Assembly: GCA_031267245.1 (NCBI GenBank) | Contig: JAIRZL010000016.1 | Span: 1 to 45,129, forward strand | Source of the DNA: Oscillospiraceae bacterium | Lineage (GTDB): Bacteria > Bacillota > Clostridia > Oscillospirales > Ruminococcaceae | DNA: 45,129 nt | Reading direction: 5' to 3' | Shown here: in pieces, positions 1 through 11,279 of the stretch | How positions within the stretch are numbered: the stretch's first letter is position 1 | Layout: each line of letters starts with the position of its first letter | Position numbers and translations under genes: made by a program | Notes under the pieces: generated by a model | Databases searched by the model: none | What the model was told of the DNA's origin: nothing | What the model saw: only the letters and a program-made list of their open reading frames with translations

Positions 1-212
1 CGGCGAACCCACACCCTTATTCCGGCAACGAATCCCGGCCAGAAAAAAAGGGAGCAAGGCAGCAAATATAGCGTAAAAGCGCTGTCGACGACTTGCACTG
101 TTTGCCGCCGCCCGTATCCAGCCTGCGATACTTTTGTCGTTCGTTTTTTGCCAGTTAACGATTGGGGCTCTGGACTTGGCCGCCGGCTGTTTTTGGCTTT
201 TACCACCAAATA

Positions 213-577
213 GAAATTGCGATGGGCACCACTCTGGCGCGACTAACGACAGTTTTTGGTGATTTATATATACAAACGCCGCGCCTCGCTGCCAGCAATG
301 CTAAAGGACGCGCGAAACAGAAGAATTAGAAATTGTGTTGGCCGACAAGAGCCGAAATTGCGTAGTGGTGGATGTAGCCGTGCCTTTGCAATTCCCTTCG
401 GCGCCTGTTGGAGAACCAAAAGCTAGGCCACGAACAAATCGCAGTAAAGGAAATTTGCGTAATCGGCGCCACTCTGGGCAGGCCTAACGACTGTTTTTTG
501 TGATTTATATAATAAAGCAAGAGCCTCGCTGTAAACAGATCTTTAGGACTCGCAGTGCACAAGAATTGAAAATTGTG
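213..577. repeat. Two diverged direct copies of a ~125-bp non-coding element (213-337 and 450-577)
   Basis: Shared blocks ccactctgg, ctaacgac-gttttt-gtgatttatata, gcctcgctg, aggac-cgc and aagaatt-gaaattgtg occur in the same order about 240 bp apart. Confidence 0.7.
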
Positions 578-973
578 CCGTCAGTCATCCGAAGACAACG
601 CGTAATGCCGGTCGTTGGTCAGCATTTGCAACAAGCTTCCGTGAGCGTAGAAATCTTGCAACCACGCTCTCATCAATAACGCAAGGGATCGTTGCGTAGG
701 CGGCCCCGCCTCTGGCCCGCTTAACGGCAATGCTTGGGGAGCTGCGCATCTTCTTCTCTAAGCGACGGGAAACGGGCACAAAAGGCAACAATTTGCCGCA
801 AAATAGAAAGGCACGAAAATAATTACCCACCTTGCGCGCAAAATAGCAACGACGACAAGTAAATTCCCGGCGATAAGCGCCATTTGGAACAGTCCCGCCA
901 ATCTAGGCAACTAGGATTTGGTGAGTTGGAAGGGCTTCAACATAAAAAAGACAAAAAAAACTTCAACATCCAC

Positions 974-1002
974 TTGACAATGCAGAAAATATGTTGTAGA
1001 CT
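974..1002 (+). promoter_or_regulatory. SigA-type promoter of the hrcA-dnaK operon
   Basis: TTGACA (974-979), 17-bp spacer, TAGACT (997-1002), directly upstream of CIRCE. Confidence 0.8.
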
Positions 1003-1005
1003 TGA

Positions 1006-1032
1006 ATGGCAGTCGATAGTGTTGAGTGCTAA
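1006..1032 (+). promoter_or_regulatory. CIRCE element (HrcA operator)
   Basis: ATGGCAGTC-N9-GAGTGCTAA versus consensus TTAGCACTC-N9-GAGTGCTAA; right arm perfect; located before hrcA. Confidence 0.9.
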
Positions 1033-1036
1033 TTAA

Positions 1037-2080
1037 TTGGCAAGGTGGCGATTACCAATAAAGCTAGACGAAAGAAAGAAAAGAATTCTGGCGGCTATTG
1101 TGGAAGAATATGTTGCCACGGCAAAACCTGTGGGCTCAAGCTATATTGCGAATCTCTTTGGTAACAACATGTCATCTGCAACTATCAGAAACGAGATGGC
1201 TTTTTTATACGAAATTGGCCTACTTGAGCAACCACACATTTCTGCTGGTCGCATACCTTCCCTTAACGGTTATAGGTTTTACACAGAGAACATTCTCGAG
1301 CGCAACGGAATTGACGAATTACATAAAGCCAAAATAGCCTGCCTTTTGGAATCCAATCCAAACCAAAAAAGCATTTTAACAATGGTAAGCGCCATTCTTG
1401 CTGAGATTACCCATTGCGTGGCTGTCCTTTCTACCCCGCACTCAAAAACAGACAAAATCCAACATTTGGAGGTGAGCTGCACTTCAAATGATCTTTGCAT
1501 TATAATCCTCGCAACAACCGCACACACCATCAGACACAAGGTCTGCAAGTTCAATCACAATATCTCCAGCAATTTTTTAACCGCCTTAAACACTTTTTTG
1601 AATAACACTTTCGCAAACAGATACCTAACAGACATCACCAATTCCTTTGTGAAATCGATCATTTCAACAAACCTCAATGAAGACACTTCATTCCAAACAA
1701 TACTTTCACCTATTCTGCTCTGCATATATCAAATCTGTTTAGATAGTTGCAATGTGGACCTTTACATAAAAGGAAGAACAAACCTCTTGCTTTATGATGA
1801 GGCAAAAGAAGATGTAGCAAAAGCTCTTAATCTCTTAGAAGATCCGCAAAAAGTCCTAGAATTAATGACAACAAAATCAGGCGAACTCGACATCAAAGTG
1901 GGGCAAAACCTTGGCGGAAGCGAATTAAAACCTTTTAGCATCCTAGACGCATGCTACACAGCAAAAAGCCTTGGCGAAGGGCATATAACCATCATAGGCC
2001 CAATAAAAATGAGATACAAAATATCTGCTAGCTATGTTAGATATTTCGCAGAAATCCTGCCCGGTTACTTAAAAGGATAA
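1037..2080 (+). CDS. hrcA: Heat-inducible transcription repressor HrcA (true start possibly ATA at 1058)
   Basis: LDERKKRILAAIVEEYVATAKPVGS, SSATIRNEM, QPHISAGRIPS, IIGPIKMRY motifs; upstream of grpE-dnaK-dnaJ. Confidence 0.95.
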   Translation: MARWRLPIKLDERKKRILAAIVEEYVATAKPVGSSYIANLFGNNMSSATIRNEMAFLYEIGLLEQPHISAGRIPSLNGYRFYTENILERNGIDELHKAKIACLLESNPNQKSILTMVSAILAEITHCVAVLSTPHSKTDKIQHLEVSCTSNDLCIIILATTAHTIRHKVCKFNHNISSNFLTALNTFLNNTFANRYLTDITNSFVKSIISTNLNEDTSFQTILSPILLCIYQICLDSCNVDLYIKGRTNLLLYDEAKEDVAKALNLLEDPQKVLELMTTKSGELDIKVGQNLGGSELKPFSILDACYTAKSLGEGHITIIGPIKMRYKISASYVRYFAEILPGYLKG

Positions 2081-2104
2081 CATGTTTAGGAGGGGAAACG
2101 CGAG

Positions 2105-2626
2105 ATGAATCAAAAACAAAAGCACAAAGAAGCAAAAGATTCTAAAGAGCAAGTAGGCAACAAGAACACAGACAACGAAAAACTGGAGGTTCAATTACAA
2201 GAACTAGCCCATAAACATTGCGAACTAAACGATCAACTTCTTCGGCTCGCCGCTGAATATGAAAATTTTAGAAAACGCTCGATTAAAGAAAAAGATCAAA
2301 TGTATTCAGATGCAACCGCCATGGTTGTTAGCCAGTTTTTGAACATAATAGATAGTGTTGAGGCGGCTTTGCTAATAAACACCACCGACACAGCGTTCAA
2401 AAAAGGATTAGAGTTAATTTATGTCAATTGCCACAACACACTAGACAAATTGCGAGTTGAGGAATTTGGGAAAGTTGGTGACCAATTCAATCCAAATCTT
2501 CACAACGCCGTGTTACACGTGGAAACAGATGGTCCGGAAGAAGGTGAAATTATAGAAGTTATGCAGAAAGGTTATAAAATTGAACAAAAGATTATCCGAC
2601 ACGCAACGGTTAAAGTGGCAAATTAG
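2105..2626 (+). CDS. grpE: Nucleotide exchange factor GrpE
   Basis: LRLAAEYENFRKR, FNPNLHNAV, QKGYKI..IIRHATVKVAN; strong RBS AGGAGG. Confidence 0.97.
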   Translation: MNQKQKHKEAKDSKEQVGNKNTDNEKLEVQLQELAHKHCELNDQLLRLAAEYENFRKRSIKEKDQMYSDATAMVVSQFLNIIDSVEAALLINTTDTAFKKGLELIYVNCHNTLDKLRVEEFGKVGDQFNPNLHNAVLHVETDGPEEGEIIEVMQKGYKIEQKIIRHATVKVAN

Positions 2627-2801
2627 TTTGATTCCAACGAAGTAGGCGCTGAGAACCCAGTTTAGCAAGCATCAGAAAAAAACAAACAAAAGTGACTTTC
2701 TGGTTTTTTTGCGCTAATGAAGATATAGTGCAACCACAGGAAAAGCCTTCCCGTGAAGGCTAAAAAACACCTAAGATGTTAACTCAAGGAGGAACAATAT
2801 T

Positions 2802-4622
2802 ATGGCAAAGATTATAGGGATTGACCTTGGCACAACAAATTCATGCGTTGCAGTAATGGAAGGCAACGATGCCGTTGTAATTCCAAATAGCGAAGGCGCA
2901 AGAACCACACCATCTATTGTGGGATTCACCAAAACAAACGAACTTGTGGTTGGCCAGGTGGCAAAGCGGCAAGCAATCACCAACCCAGGCAACACCGTTA
3001 TTTCAATCAAAAGAGAAATGGGGACCGATTATAAAGTTGACGCTGGAGGTAAAAAGCGTACCCCAGAAGAAATCTCCGCAATGATCCTGCAAAAACTAAA
3101 AGCCGACGCCGAAGCGTTTTTGGGGTACCCTGTTACAGAAGCCGTGATAACTGTGCCCGCATATTTCACAGACGCGCAACGGCAAGCCACAAAAAACGCG
3201 GGCACGATTGCTGGCCTTAATGTTCTGAGGATCATAAACGAACCAACGGCAGCGGCGCTAGCTTATGGGCTCGGCAAAGAAGAGTCCCACCAAAAGGTAA
3301 TGGTTTTCGATCTTGGCGGTGGAACCTTTGATGTTTCTGTTGTGGAGACTGGTGACGGCATACAAGAAGTTTTGGCAACCGCAGGGAACAACCGCCTTGG
3401 TGGAGATGATTTTGATGATCGAATCGTCAAGTTCGTGAGCAACGAATTCAAAACTGCGAATGGCATTGATCTGTTACAGGATAAAATTGCAAAACAAAGG
3501 CTACAAGAGGCGGCGGAAAAAGCAAAAATCGAGCTTTCTAGCACCACTCAAGTCAACATTAATCTACCATTCATCACCGCGGATGCAAGCGGCCCCAAAC
3601 ACCTAGACCAAACAATAACAAGAGCAAAGTTTAATGAACTGACTGCCGACCTTGTGGAAGCAACCATAGAGCCGGTAAAGCAAGCCTTAAAAGATGCAAA
3701 TACAGAAGTATCGGAATTAACCAAAATCTTGATGGTTGGCGGCTCTTCTCGCATCCCGGCCGTGCAAGAAGCTGTAAAAAAATACACAGGAAAAGAGCCG
3801 TTCAAAGGCATAAACCCGGATGAATGTGTTGCCGTTGGCGCAGCAATTCAAGGAGGGGTGCTGGCCGGAGATGTTAAGGACCTGCTTTTGCTAGATGTGA
3901 CACCGCTTTCGTTGGGACTAGAAACCCTAGGCGGCGTTTTTACAAAGATAATAGAACGCAACACAACCATTCCAACAAAAAAATCGCAGGTTTTCTCAAC
4001 GGCCGCAGACAACCAAACTTCCGTTGAGATCCACATACTCCAAGGCGAGCGGGAAATGGCAAGCGGCAATAAAACTCTCGGGCTTTTCAAATTGGATGGG
4101 ATCCCGCCGTCACCAAGAGGAGTGCCACAGATTGAAGTAACTTTCGACATAGACGCAAACGGCATTGTCAATGTTTCGGCAAAAGACTTGGGGACAGGCA
4201 AAGAACAGAAAGTAACAATAACAGCATCCACAAACATGTCAAAAGAAGACATTGAAACCGCCGTCAAAGAAGCAGAAAAGTTCGCCGCAGAAGACAAAAC
4301 GAAAAAGGAAGGGATTGATCTCAAAAACTCCGCCGACCAGATGACATATCAAGCGGAAAAAACCTTAAACGAGATCGGTGACAAGGTGTCACAAGAAGAA
4401 AAAGACGGAATGCAACAAAAAATCACAGCGCTTAAAGACGCCCTTGCTTCTTCTAATACAGAAGCAATCAAAACCAAGCAAGAAGAGCTACAAAAGGCCT
4501 TGTTTGAGATGTCGCAAAAATTATACCAACAAACACACAAAGAGAACGAAGCACCACCGCCTGCAAACAATGTGGTTGACACAGACTACACAGAAGTCAG
4601 CGAAGAAGCAGATAAAAATTAG
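2802..4622 (+). CDS. dnaK: Chaperone DnaK (Hsp70)
   Basis: [34 protein letters not shown] motifs; RBS AAGGAGG. Confidence 0.99.
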   Translation: MAKIIGIDLGTTNSCVAVMEGNDAVVIPNSEGARTTPSIVGFTKTNELVVGQVAKRQAITNPGNTVISIKREMGTDYKVDAGGKKRTPEEISAMILQKLKADAEAFLGYPVTEAVITVPAYFTDAQRQATKNAGTIAGLNVLRIINEPTAAALAYGLGKEESHQKVMVFDLGGGTFDVSVVETGDGIQEVLATAGNNRLGGDDFDDRIVKFVSNEFKTANGIDLLQDKIAKQRLQEAAEKAKIELSSTTQVNINLPFITADASGPKHLDQTITRAKFNELTADLVEATIEPVKQALKDANTEVSELTKILMVGGSSRIPAVQEAVKKYTGKEPFKGINPDECVAVGAAIQGGVLAGDVKDLLLLDVTPLSLGLETLGGVFTKIIERNTTIPTKKSQVFSTAADNQTSVEIHILQGEREMASGNKTLGLFKLDGIPPSPRGVPQIEVTFDIDANGIVNVSAKDLGTGKEQKVTITASTNMSKEDIETAVKEAEKFAAEDKTKKEGIDLKNSADQMTYQAEKTLNEIGDKVSQEEKDGMQQKITALKDALASSNTEAIKTKQEELQKALFEMSQKLYQQTHKENEAPPPANNVVDTDYTEVSEEADKN

Positions 4623-4711
4623 AATCCCACGACAACCCCCTAAAAGCACATTTTGCCAGAGGCAACTGCCCAGGAGAAAGAAAAAATACCATAGCAAAAG
4701 GAGAATAAATC

Positions 4712-5893
4712 TTGGCTAAACGAGATTATTACGAAGTCCTGGAAGTTAACAAAAACGCGACAGAAACCGAGATAAAAAAGGCATTTAGAAAACTCGCCAA
4801 GCAATATCACCCAGACTTAAATGCGGGTAATCAAGCAGCCACAGAAAAATTCAAAGAAGTCAACGAAGCATATGAAGTGCTTTCAGACAGCGAAAAAAAA
4901 GCCAGATACGACCAATTTGGCCATGCTGGCGTTGACCCATCGTATTCTGGAGGAGGCGGCAGCGCTGGCGCTGGTGGATTTGGCGGGTTCAGTGATTTTG
5001 GCGTGGATCTTGGAGATATCTTCGAGAATATGTTTGGCGGTTTCGGTGGTTTTGGTGGCGGCAACAGAACAAGGAATCAAAACATTCCAACAAAAGGCGA
5101 AAACATCGAAATCACCATTGGCCTAACCTTTATGGAAGCTGCTCTAGGCACGAAGAGAACCATAAAATTCAGTAGACAAGAAACCTGTCCACAATGCGCA
5201 GGCACCGGTGCCGAAAAAGGGCAGCCACCTTCCACTTGCAAAGATTGCAAAGGAACCGGCACAACCAAGGTTGTTCAAAGAACACCTTTTGGGGTGATTT
5301 CCTCCAGCAGAGTTTGCCAGCGCTGTGGCGGCGCAGGGGTTTTTATCGATCACCCCTGCCATAACTGTTCCGGGAGCGGCAACATACAAAAAAAAGTCTC
5401 GATCGATGTAAGCTGCCCCGCTGGCATTGACAATCGCCAGATCTTTATTGTGCGAAACCAGGGGCACGCTGGACACAAAGGCGGGCCAAATGGCGATCTT
5501 GAAGTGTTGGCGCGGGTGGAAAGTCACCCGATTTTCACCAGAGATGGCAACGATATTCATTGCGAACTGCCGCTAAAATTCTCGCAATTAACCCTTGGCG
5601 ATGAGATCACGGTGCCCACAATAAGCGGCAAAGCAAAATATTCGATCGCAGAAGGCACCCAGCCAGGCACAACCTTTAGATTGAAGGGCAAAGGGATTCC
5701 TTATACAAACGGGCGGGGTTGCGGCGATGCGTATGTTAAAGTTAGTGTTGAGATCCCGCGGAACCTCAACGCAAAACAAAAAGAATTGCTACAAGAACTT
5801 TCAGATAGTTTAAAGAATGAAAAAAACTACACAAAACGGAAGGGTTTTTTTGGAAAACTAAAAGAAGACTTTAAAGATACCTTCGCTTTCTAA
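4712..5893 (+). CDS. dnaJ: Chaperone DnaJ
   Basis: J-domain HPD, G/F-rich region, four CxxCxGxG zinc-finger repeats. Confidence 0.98.
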   Translation: MAKRDYYEVLEVNKNATETEIKKAFRKLAKQYHPDLNAGNQAATEKFKEVNEAYEVLSDSEKKARYDQFGHAGVDPSYSGGGGSAGAGGFGGFSDFGVDLGDIFENMFGGFGGFGGGNRTRNQNIPTKGENIEITIGLTFMEAALGTKRTIKFSRQETCPQCAGTGAEKGQPPSTCKDCKGTGTTKVVQRTPFGVISSSRVCQRCGGAGVFIDHPCHNCSGSGNIQKKVSIDVSCPAGIDNRQIFIVRNQGHAGHKGGPNGDLEVLARVESHPIFTRDGNDIHCELPLKFSQLTLGDEITVPTISGKAKYSIAEGTQPGTTFRLKGKGIPYTNGRGCGDAYVKVSVEIPRNLNAKQKELLQELSDSLKNEKNYTKRKGFFGKLKEDFKDTFAF

Positions 5894-6298
5894 GAAACAC
5901 AGCATTACACACGCCTACAATAACCGCGATCCGGGCAAACTTTCTGTATGATCACGGCCTTATGATCTTTGTGGATTGTCAGTCGGTTGGTTTGCAAACA
6001 AGCTCCCCGCAGCAGATTCTTCGTTGAGAATCTGCTGCGGCCGATTAATAGTTGCGGTCGCCAACACATAAACGCAGCGGATAAATCTCCCACACGACCC
6101 AAAGCTCACAATTGATACTACCAAAGGAAAGGCAAAAAAACATCTGGAGTGAGCTTAGTATGGCAATGCAAAAAAAAGGCCAACAGTGGCGCGATCCGCG
6201 ATCGTAGTTATGGGCCAACTCCCTGGCCGCAGGTTTACCGTGATCGGCGAACGAATCATTGGCGATTGATTAACAATTGCGCTCGTTAGCGGAGCTAC

Positions 6299-6529
6299 CT
6301 AACAATGGCAAGAAAAAATATAGTCTTCAATAATATCTTTTACGTGCATAAATGAGACAGAATGGTAGCAGCAAAGGTCCATAATTTTCAAAACCTGATC
6401 TTTGCTGCAAGAGATTGAAGAAAATCGTTTTAATTGACCCTGGTTAGAGACCAACAATCCATAAGCAATACGTTTTGTGTTGTTTTCTGCAAAATATGTT
6501 TCAAAAAGATCAATAGAATATAAAGTCAT
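6299..6529 (-). CDS. Small clostridial conserved protein, DUF6514-like
   Basis: 76 aa with YG..., SIS-SKDQV and VS-MHVKDIIEDY pattern; RBS GGTGA; extended -10 TGtTATAAT upstream. Confidence 0.65.
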   Translation of the reverse strand: MTLYSIDLFETYFAENNTKRIAYGLLVSNQGQLKRFSSISCSKDQVLKIMDLCCYHSVSFMHVKDIIEDYIFSCHC

Positions 6530-6601
6530 AAAAGTTCACCATTTTTTCAAAGTCCGCGCAGATATTATAACATGCAAAAAGTTTGGGGCCTCTAAAAACC
6601 G

Positions 6602-6618
6602 TTCGACAAATTTCGACA
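6602..6618 (-). promoter_or_regulatory. Two tandem Spo0A-box matches (TGTCGAA) upstream of the DUF6514-like gene
   Basis: ttcgaca at 6602-6608 and 6612-6618; -10 TATAAT at 6564-6569 on the minus strand. Confidence 0.55.
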
Positions 6619-6748
6619 CAAAGGCGCGCAAAAATGCAAGACGAAGAATACAAAAAAACAACCCGTTGAGGGCACCCCATCATGCTGCAAAGAAGCGATA
6701 AGGATAGCGTTTTTTTGCAATATATACACCTTGCAAGGAGTAAAATTT

Positions 6749-8020
6749 ATGTTTGTCGATTTCGCAGAGATTATGGTCAGATCTGGCAACGGCGGCGATG
6801 GCGCTGTTAGCTTTCATCGCGAAAAATATGTTGCTGCAGGAGGCCCAGATGGTGGCGATGGCGGCAAAGGTGGCGACATAATCTTTCAGGTTTCGCAGCA
6901 CTTAAATACCCTTGTTGACTTCCGTTATAAAACACATTATGTGGCACACAACGGTGCAAATGGCGGGCGCAACAACTGTTCTGGCAAGTCGGCAACAAAC
7001 ACAATCATAAACCTCCCACAAGGGACCCTTGTGCGTGACAAAACAAGCGGTGCAATTATCGCCGATCTATCGAGTAACGAAAGCTTTGTTGTGGCCAAAG
7101 GCGGACGTGGTGGGCGCGGGAATCAGCATTTCGCGAAGCCCAATCGTCAAGCACCACGTTTTGCAATCCCGGGTGAAAGTGGAGTTGCCAAGGATCTCAT
7201 TTTGGAATTAAAGTTACTTGCTGATGTTGGTTTGATTGGGTTCCCTAATGTTGGCAAATCATCCTTAATTTCCGTTATCAGCAATGCAAGACCAAAGATT
7301 GCCAACTATCATTTCACAACCCTGCAGCCATGCCTTGGCGTGGTTAGGATTGCCGAAGGGGCATCTTTTGTTGTTGCAGACATCCCTGGGTTAATAGAAG
7401 GGGCAAGTGTTGGTTGCGGATTAGGTCATAACTTTCTGCGGCACATTGAGCGTTGCCGGATGCTTTGGCATGTGTTAGATGTTGCAGCATTAGAAGGACG
7501 GGATCCGGCAACAGATTTCAACAAGATAAACAATGAAATGGAGCATTTCAGCAAAGCCCTGCTAAAAAAGCCACAAATCATCGTGGCAAATAAGATCGAT
7601 GCGGCAACAGAGGAACAGGTCGAAAAATTAAAAAATTATGCAGCAAAAAGCGGGAAGGATTTGTTCTGCGTTAGCGCTTTAAGGCAAGAAGGATTGGAAA
7701 AACTGACCAGAGAAAGTTACAATATATTAAAACAGCTGCCTCCAATTAAGACTTTTGAGCCAACTTTCAATGAAGATTACCGCATCGGCGATACCGAACC
7801 TGATTCGGTTGAAGAACAAGATGGCATATTTGTTGTTAAGTCGCAACTGTTAGCTAGAGCGTTAAAATCTGCGGATTTGTCTGATTACGAAAATCTTCTA
7901 TATTTTCAAAAAATGCTAGTCAAAAGCGGAATTGAGGCAAAGCTAAAGAAACTCGGCATAAAAGAAAAAGACACCGTCATTATAGACGGCATCGGGGTTG
8001 AGTTTGAATATCAAGAATAA
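6749..8020 (+). CDS. obgE: GTPase ObgE/CgtA
   Basis: MFVD.AEI, GGPDGGDGGKGG, GFPNVGKSS, YHFTTL, DIPGLIEGAS, NKID; RBS AAGGAG favours the ATG at 6749. Confidence 0.97.
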   Translation: MFVDFAEIMVRSGNGGDGAVSFHREKYVAAGGPDGGDGGKGGDIIFQVSQHLNTLVDFRYKTHYVAHNGANGGRNNCSGKSATNTIINLPQGTLVRDKTSGAIIADLSSNESFVVAKGGRGGRGNQHFAKPNRQAPRFAIPGESGVAKDLILELKLLADVGLIGFPNVGKSSLISVISNARPKIANYHFTTLQPCLGVVRIAEGASFVVADIPGLIEGASVGCGLGHNFLRHIERCRMLWHVLDVAALEGRDPATDFNKINNEMEHFSKALLKKPQIIVANKIDAATEEQVEKLKNYAAKSGKDLFCVSALRQEGLEKLTRESYNILKQLPPIKTFEPTFNEDYRIGDTEPDSVEEQDGIFVVKSQLLARALKSADLSDYENLLYFQKMLVKSGIEAKLKKLGIKEKDTVIIDGIGVEFEYQE

Positions 8021-8350
8021 AGCAGCACTAAACGGGGCCGCCGAACCAGTGGGTAGCAAAAAACACCCGCTAGGCTCAAGCGGCCAGCTAGCCACTACAA
8101 TGCAGGATTAACAGTGGCAGCGGGACGTTGATGGGCTGCTACTTTTTCCCCGCGGCAGGAAACTTCGTCATGATCGACAAAAGAAGTTTGGGCAGTTGAC
8201 GCAAAAGCCCGACAAAAAAACAGAACAAACAATAAACTTGTTGCGGCTTCCAAGGCCGCCCTTTTGGGGCCCAATGCGGGCAGCATCTAAGGCAAAAGGC
8301 CGCTCAATCATTGGTAGCTTCGAGTCTGGCTGGCTAGCAGTTGTTTGCGG

Positions 8351-8995
8351 CTAACAAATATCTCTGCGGTTAAACAGAACCAATCCGGCTGAGAGTGAAA
8401 CCGAAAGCCAGACTACGGTTACTTTAGGGACTACTGGCGCCATATCAGCAATGTCAATCAGCAAAAGGGAGAGAAGCGCACAAACCATCGAACCAACAAC
8501 ATTTCTTATTGTCTGCGATATAAAGGTACCCCCTACAGTTAGTACAAAAAACAGCAAAAATTCCCGCAAATAATGCCGGACCCAATTAATTTCGCTTGCA
8601 AACGCGAACTGAGAAATAAACGCTATCATAATCAAGTTGAGAGCTGTCACCACCAGGATAATTACTATGGCCGCAAAATAACAAATGCCCAACTTTGATA
8701 AATATACTTGCGTTTTAGTGTACCCTTTGGATATAACATTTTTTATCGTGCCTTGAGAAAATTCAGACGTGGTAAAAACGGCAATAAAAACAGCACAAAA
8801 AGCATACATTTCGAACCTATCCAAGAGAACATGGTACGGCATCCGCCATGGCAACTCATCAATAGGCCAGTTATTCCTTTCATACACCACACCTATCCAT
8901 ACACTAATGGCACAAATCATAACAAGTAAAAAACTAAACCAAAAGATTCTGGAACGAATCAACCTTTTGGTTTCATATTTAAGAAGCGCTGACAT
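8351..8995 (-). CDS. ABC-2 type transporter permease (peptide-resistance type), no adjacent ATPase
   Basis: LLKYE.KRL start, SEFSQGTIKNVISKGYTKTQVYLSK loop, about 6 hydrophobic segments, F.RRDI end; paralog of 16271..16972. Confidence 0.85.
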   Translation of the reverse strand: MSALLKYETKRLIRSRIFWFSFLLVMICAISVWIGVVYERNNWPIDELPWRMPYHVLLDRFEMYAFCAVFIAVFTTSEFSQGTIKNVISKGYTKTQVYLSKLGICYFAAIVIILVVTALNLIMIAFISQFAFASEINWVRHYLREFLLFFVLTVGGTFISQTIRNVVGSMVCALLSLLLIDIADMAPVVPKVTVVWLSVSLSAGLVLFNRRDIC

Positions 8996-9269
8996 AGCTA
9001 ATTCCCCCTATTTCCTAATTTTCTAATTATACCACAACGAGAAATATTTTTCCATTCGCCAATAAAGAAAACCACCAACCGAGCAGCCGCCATGGCCACA
9101 ACTGTCACCCAAAAAAGCTGCTTGCAAGTAAAGCCTTTCAAGAGAGCACCAAATCTAGCTGCCGGCCCACGAGCCACAATTAGCCATCACCAATGATAGT
9201 TGTTCGCGCCAAAAGCTTCCCCAAAACAGAACCACACATCACATCTTCTTACTAATGAGGAACGTACTT

Positions 9270-10925
9270 TCAGCCACCAAGCTTGATCACCTTTTTTGCC
9301 CCTTCAAGCATCTTCAACTTATGTGTTAGCAGAATCACAACGCTTTTTTGCTTCATTTCATTTATAATTTCCATAACATCTTGAGAATTTGCATCATCCA
9401 ACGATGATGTTATTTCATCAAAAATATTAATCGGCGCATCCTTAAGATATGCTCTGACTATTGCCAATCTTTGCATTTCACCGCCAGAAAGATTAATTTT
9501 TTCGTTTATAATTGTATCGTATTTATCCGGCAAGCTTTCTATCTTGCTGTGTAAATTGAGCCGCTTACAAACCGCAATCAGCTTTGCATCTGAGATATCA
9601 TTTTGGTGTTGGTGGCCCAAAAGCAAGTTTTCACGAACAGACACATTAAATAGCTGTGTGCTTTGAGACACAAAGCTAATATTTAAACGCAGATCACACA
9701 AAGAAGTAGCCAATGATTCTCCGGGACGCACCAACACCTCCCCACCACAAGGCTCATAAAAACCCATCATTAGCTTGGCGATTGTGCTTTTTCCAATGCC
9801 AGAAGGACCAATTATCCCATAAAGCCCCACACCACAAAAATCGAAACTAAAATTATCCAAGATTCCCTGTTGACCATCGTACCCAAATGTTACATTTTTA
9901 AAAACAACAGACGGCGTTTTTTTTGTTTTTTGCGCATTTTTAGAAGGGACCATGCCTTCCGCAGGCAACTCAAAATATTCATGCAATCTTTTTAATACAG
10001 GAATAAATTGCCGATATGCCATGTTGCTGTTGATAAGCTCATGAATCGGGCCAAGCAACATTTGGAAATAGACCTCAAGCGCAACAACAGAGCCAATTGT
10101 CATCCAACCATTTAAAACACCACCAAAACCCAAACAATAAATCGTGGCAATAGCAAATATAACTATAGTGTTGCTTACACCATTGCATAAAGAAGCAAGT
10201 TTGGCATTTCTAATCCCCAAATTAAACAGCTTTTTAAGTGTGCAAAGATACTGCGAGCTCACCCTTTTTTCCGCCACAAATGCTTTAATGAGCTCGATAT
10301 TATCTATGTTTTGCTCAATCGTTGTGTAAAACCTATCATTTAAACTCAACGATTCTGAAGATATCTTTTCAAACTTTTCGCCAACACAAACATTAAACAC
10401 CGTATAGATCATTATGTAAAGAGTAAGCACAAAAGCAATAGATGGAGAAAGTAGAAACATTCCAACAATACTCATCAGAACACACACAGCGTTATTAACA
10501 ACCACAGCCCAAAATGAGGTTATAAACGAGCTCAGACTGCCACCATCATTGGCAATTCGCGAGATAATATCACCTTTTGTTGTTTTGTCAAAAAAACAAA
10601 GAGGAGAATTAATTACCCGTAAAAACAATCTACTCCTCACATCAAATTTGATGTTTTCAGAAATATACATAAAAAAATAATCTCTAAGGTAATTAAAAAT
10701 CGGCTGCAATAAGCATACAGCAAGGAATATTAACATACTTGGATACATTTCTGCAGTTGACTTGAACTTGGCAACATTATCTATCAAATGCTTAGAAAGA
10801 TATGGGGTTACAAAAACTGAAAAACTGCAAAAAACAGTCATCACAACCCCATAACACTCTTCCTTTTTATATTCCCTTAGAAGGGCAAATAAATATCTTG
10901 TAAATTTAGTTTTTCGTTTATTCAT
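9270..10925 (-). CDS. ABC exporter, fused permease/ATPase, without an N-terminal C39 peptidase; likely peptide exporter
   Basis: N-terminal TM domain, Walker A GPSGIGKST, signature LSGGEMQR, Walker B INIFDE, H-loop. Confidence 0.9.
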   Translation of the reverse strand: MNKRKTKFTRYLFALLREYKKEECYGVVMTVFCSFSVFVTPYLSKHLIDNVAKFKSTAEMYPSMLIFLAVCLLQPIFNYLRDYFFMYISENIKFDVRSRLFLRVINSPLCFFDKTTKGDIISRIANDGGSLSSFITSFWAVVVNNAVCVLMSIVGMFLLSPSIAFVLTLYIMIYTVFNVCVGEKFEKISSESLSLNDRFYTTIEQNIDNIELIKAFVAEKRVSSQYLCTLKKLFNLGIRNAKLASLCNGVSNTIVIFAIATIYCLGFGGVLNGWMTIGSVVALEVYFQMLLGPIHELINSNMAYRQFIPVLKRLHEYFELPAEGMVPSKNAQKTKKTPSVVFKNVTFGYDGQQGILDNFSFDFCGVGLYGIIGPSGIGKSTIAKLMMGFYEPCGGEVLVRPGESLATSLCDLRLNISFVSQSTQLFNVSVRENLLLGHQHQNDISDAKLIAVCKRLNLHSKIESLPDKYDTIINEKINLSGGEMQRLAIVRAYLKDAPINIFDEITSSLDDANSQDVMEIINEMKQKSVVILLTHKLKMLEGAKKVIKLGG

Positions 10926-11279
10926 CGGATCTCAACTTCTTCATAAATCTCCATAAACCTTGTTTTACATATAAAAAGGTACTGTGCTGAACTGTATGCG
11001 AAAGATGGTGGTCGCAACAACACTCATTCTTACAAGCATACCACAACCGTAAAAAAAACAACAACTTCAACATCCAATTCAGCAGGAAACATCGCATTTT
11101 TTAATGGCCATTAAGATGAAAGCCAAAAGTTGGCTTCCCAAAACAATCATTTCGAAAGGCACAGTTAGCTGCACCACGCCAAACAATTACAACTGCGCCA
11201 CCTTTCTACAACCTTCCCCTATCGCGCCGCACGCATAACAAAGCCACCTCTTCAGCCACCTCTTCCTAAACTTAACAAC

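Noticed and set aside
10918-11097. 59-aa minus-strand ORF with CKNECCC overlapping the exporter start
   Set aside because: No RBS, no shared leader, runs through a T homopolymer; Cys/Trp codons are frequent by chance on this TG-rich strand
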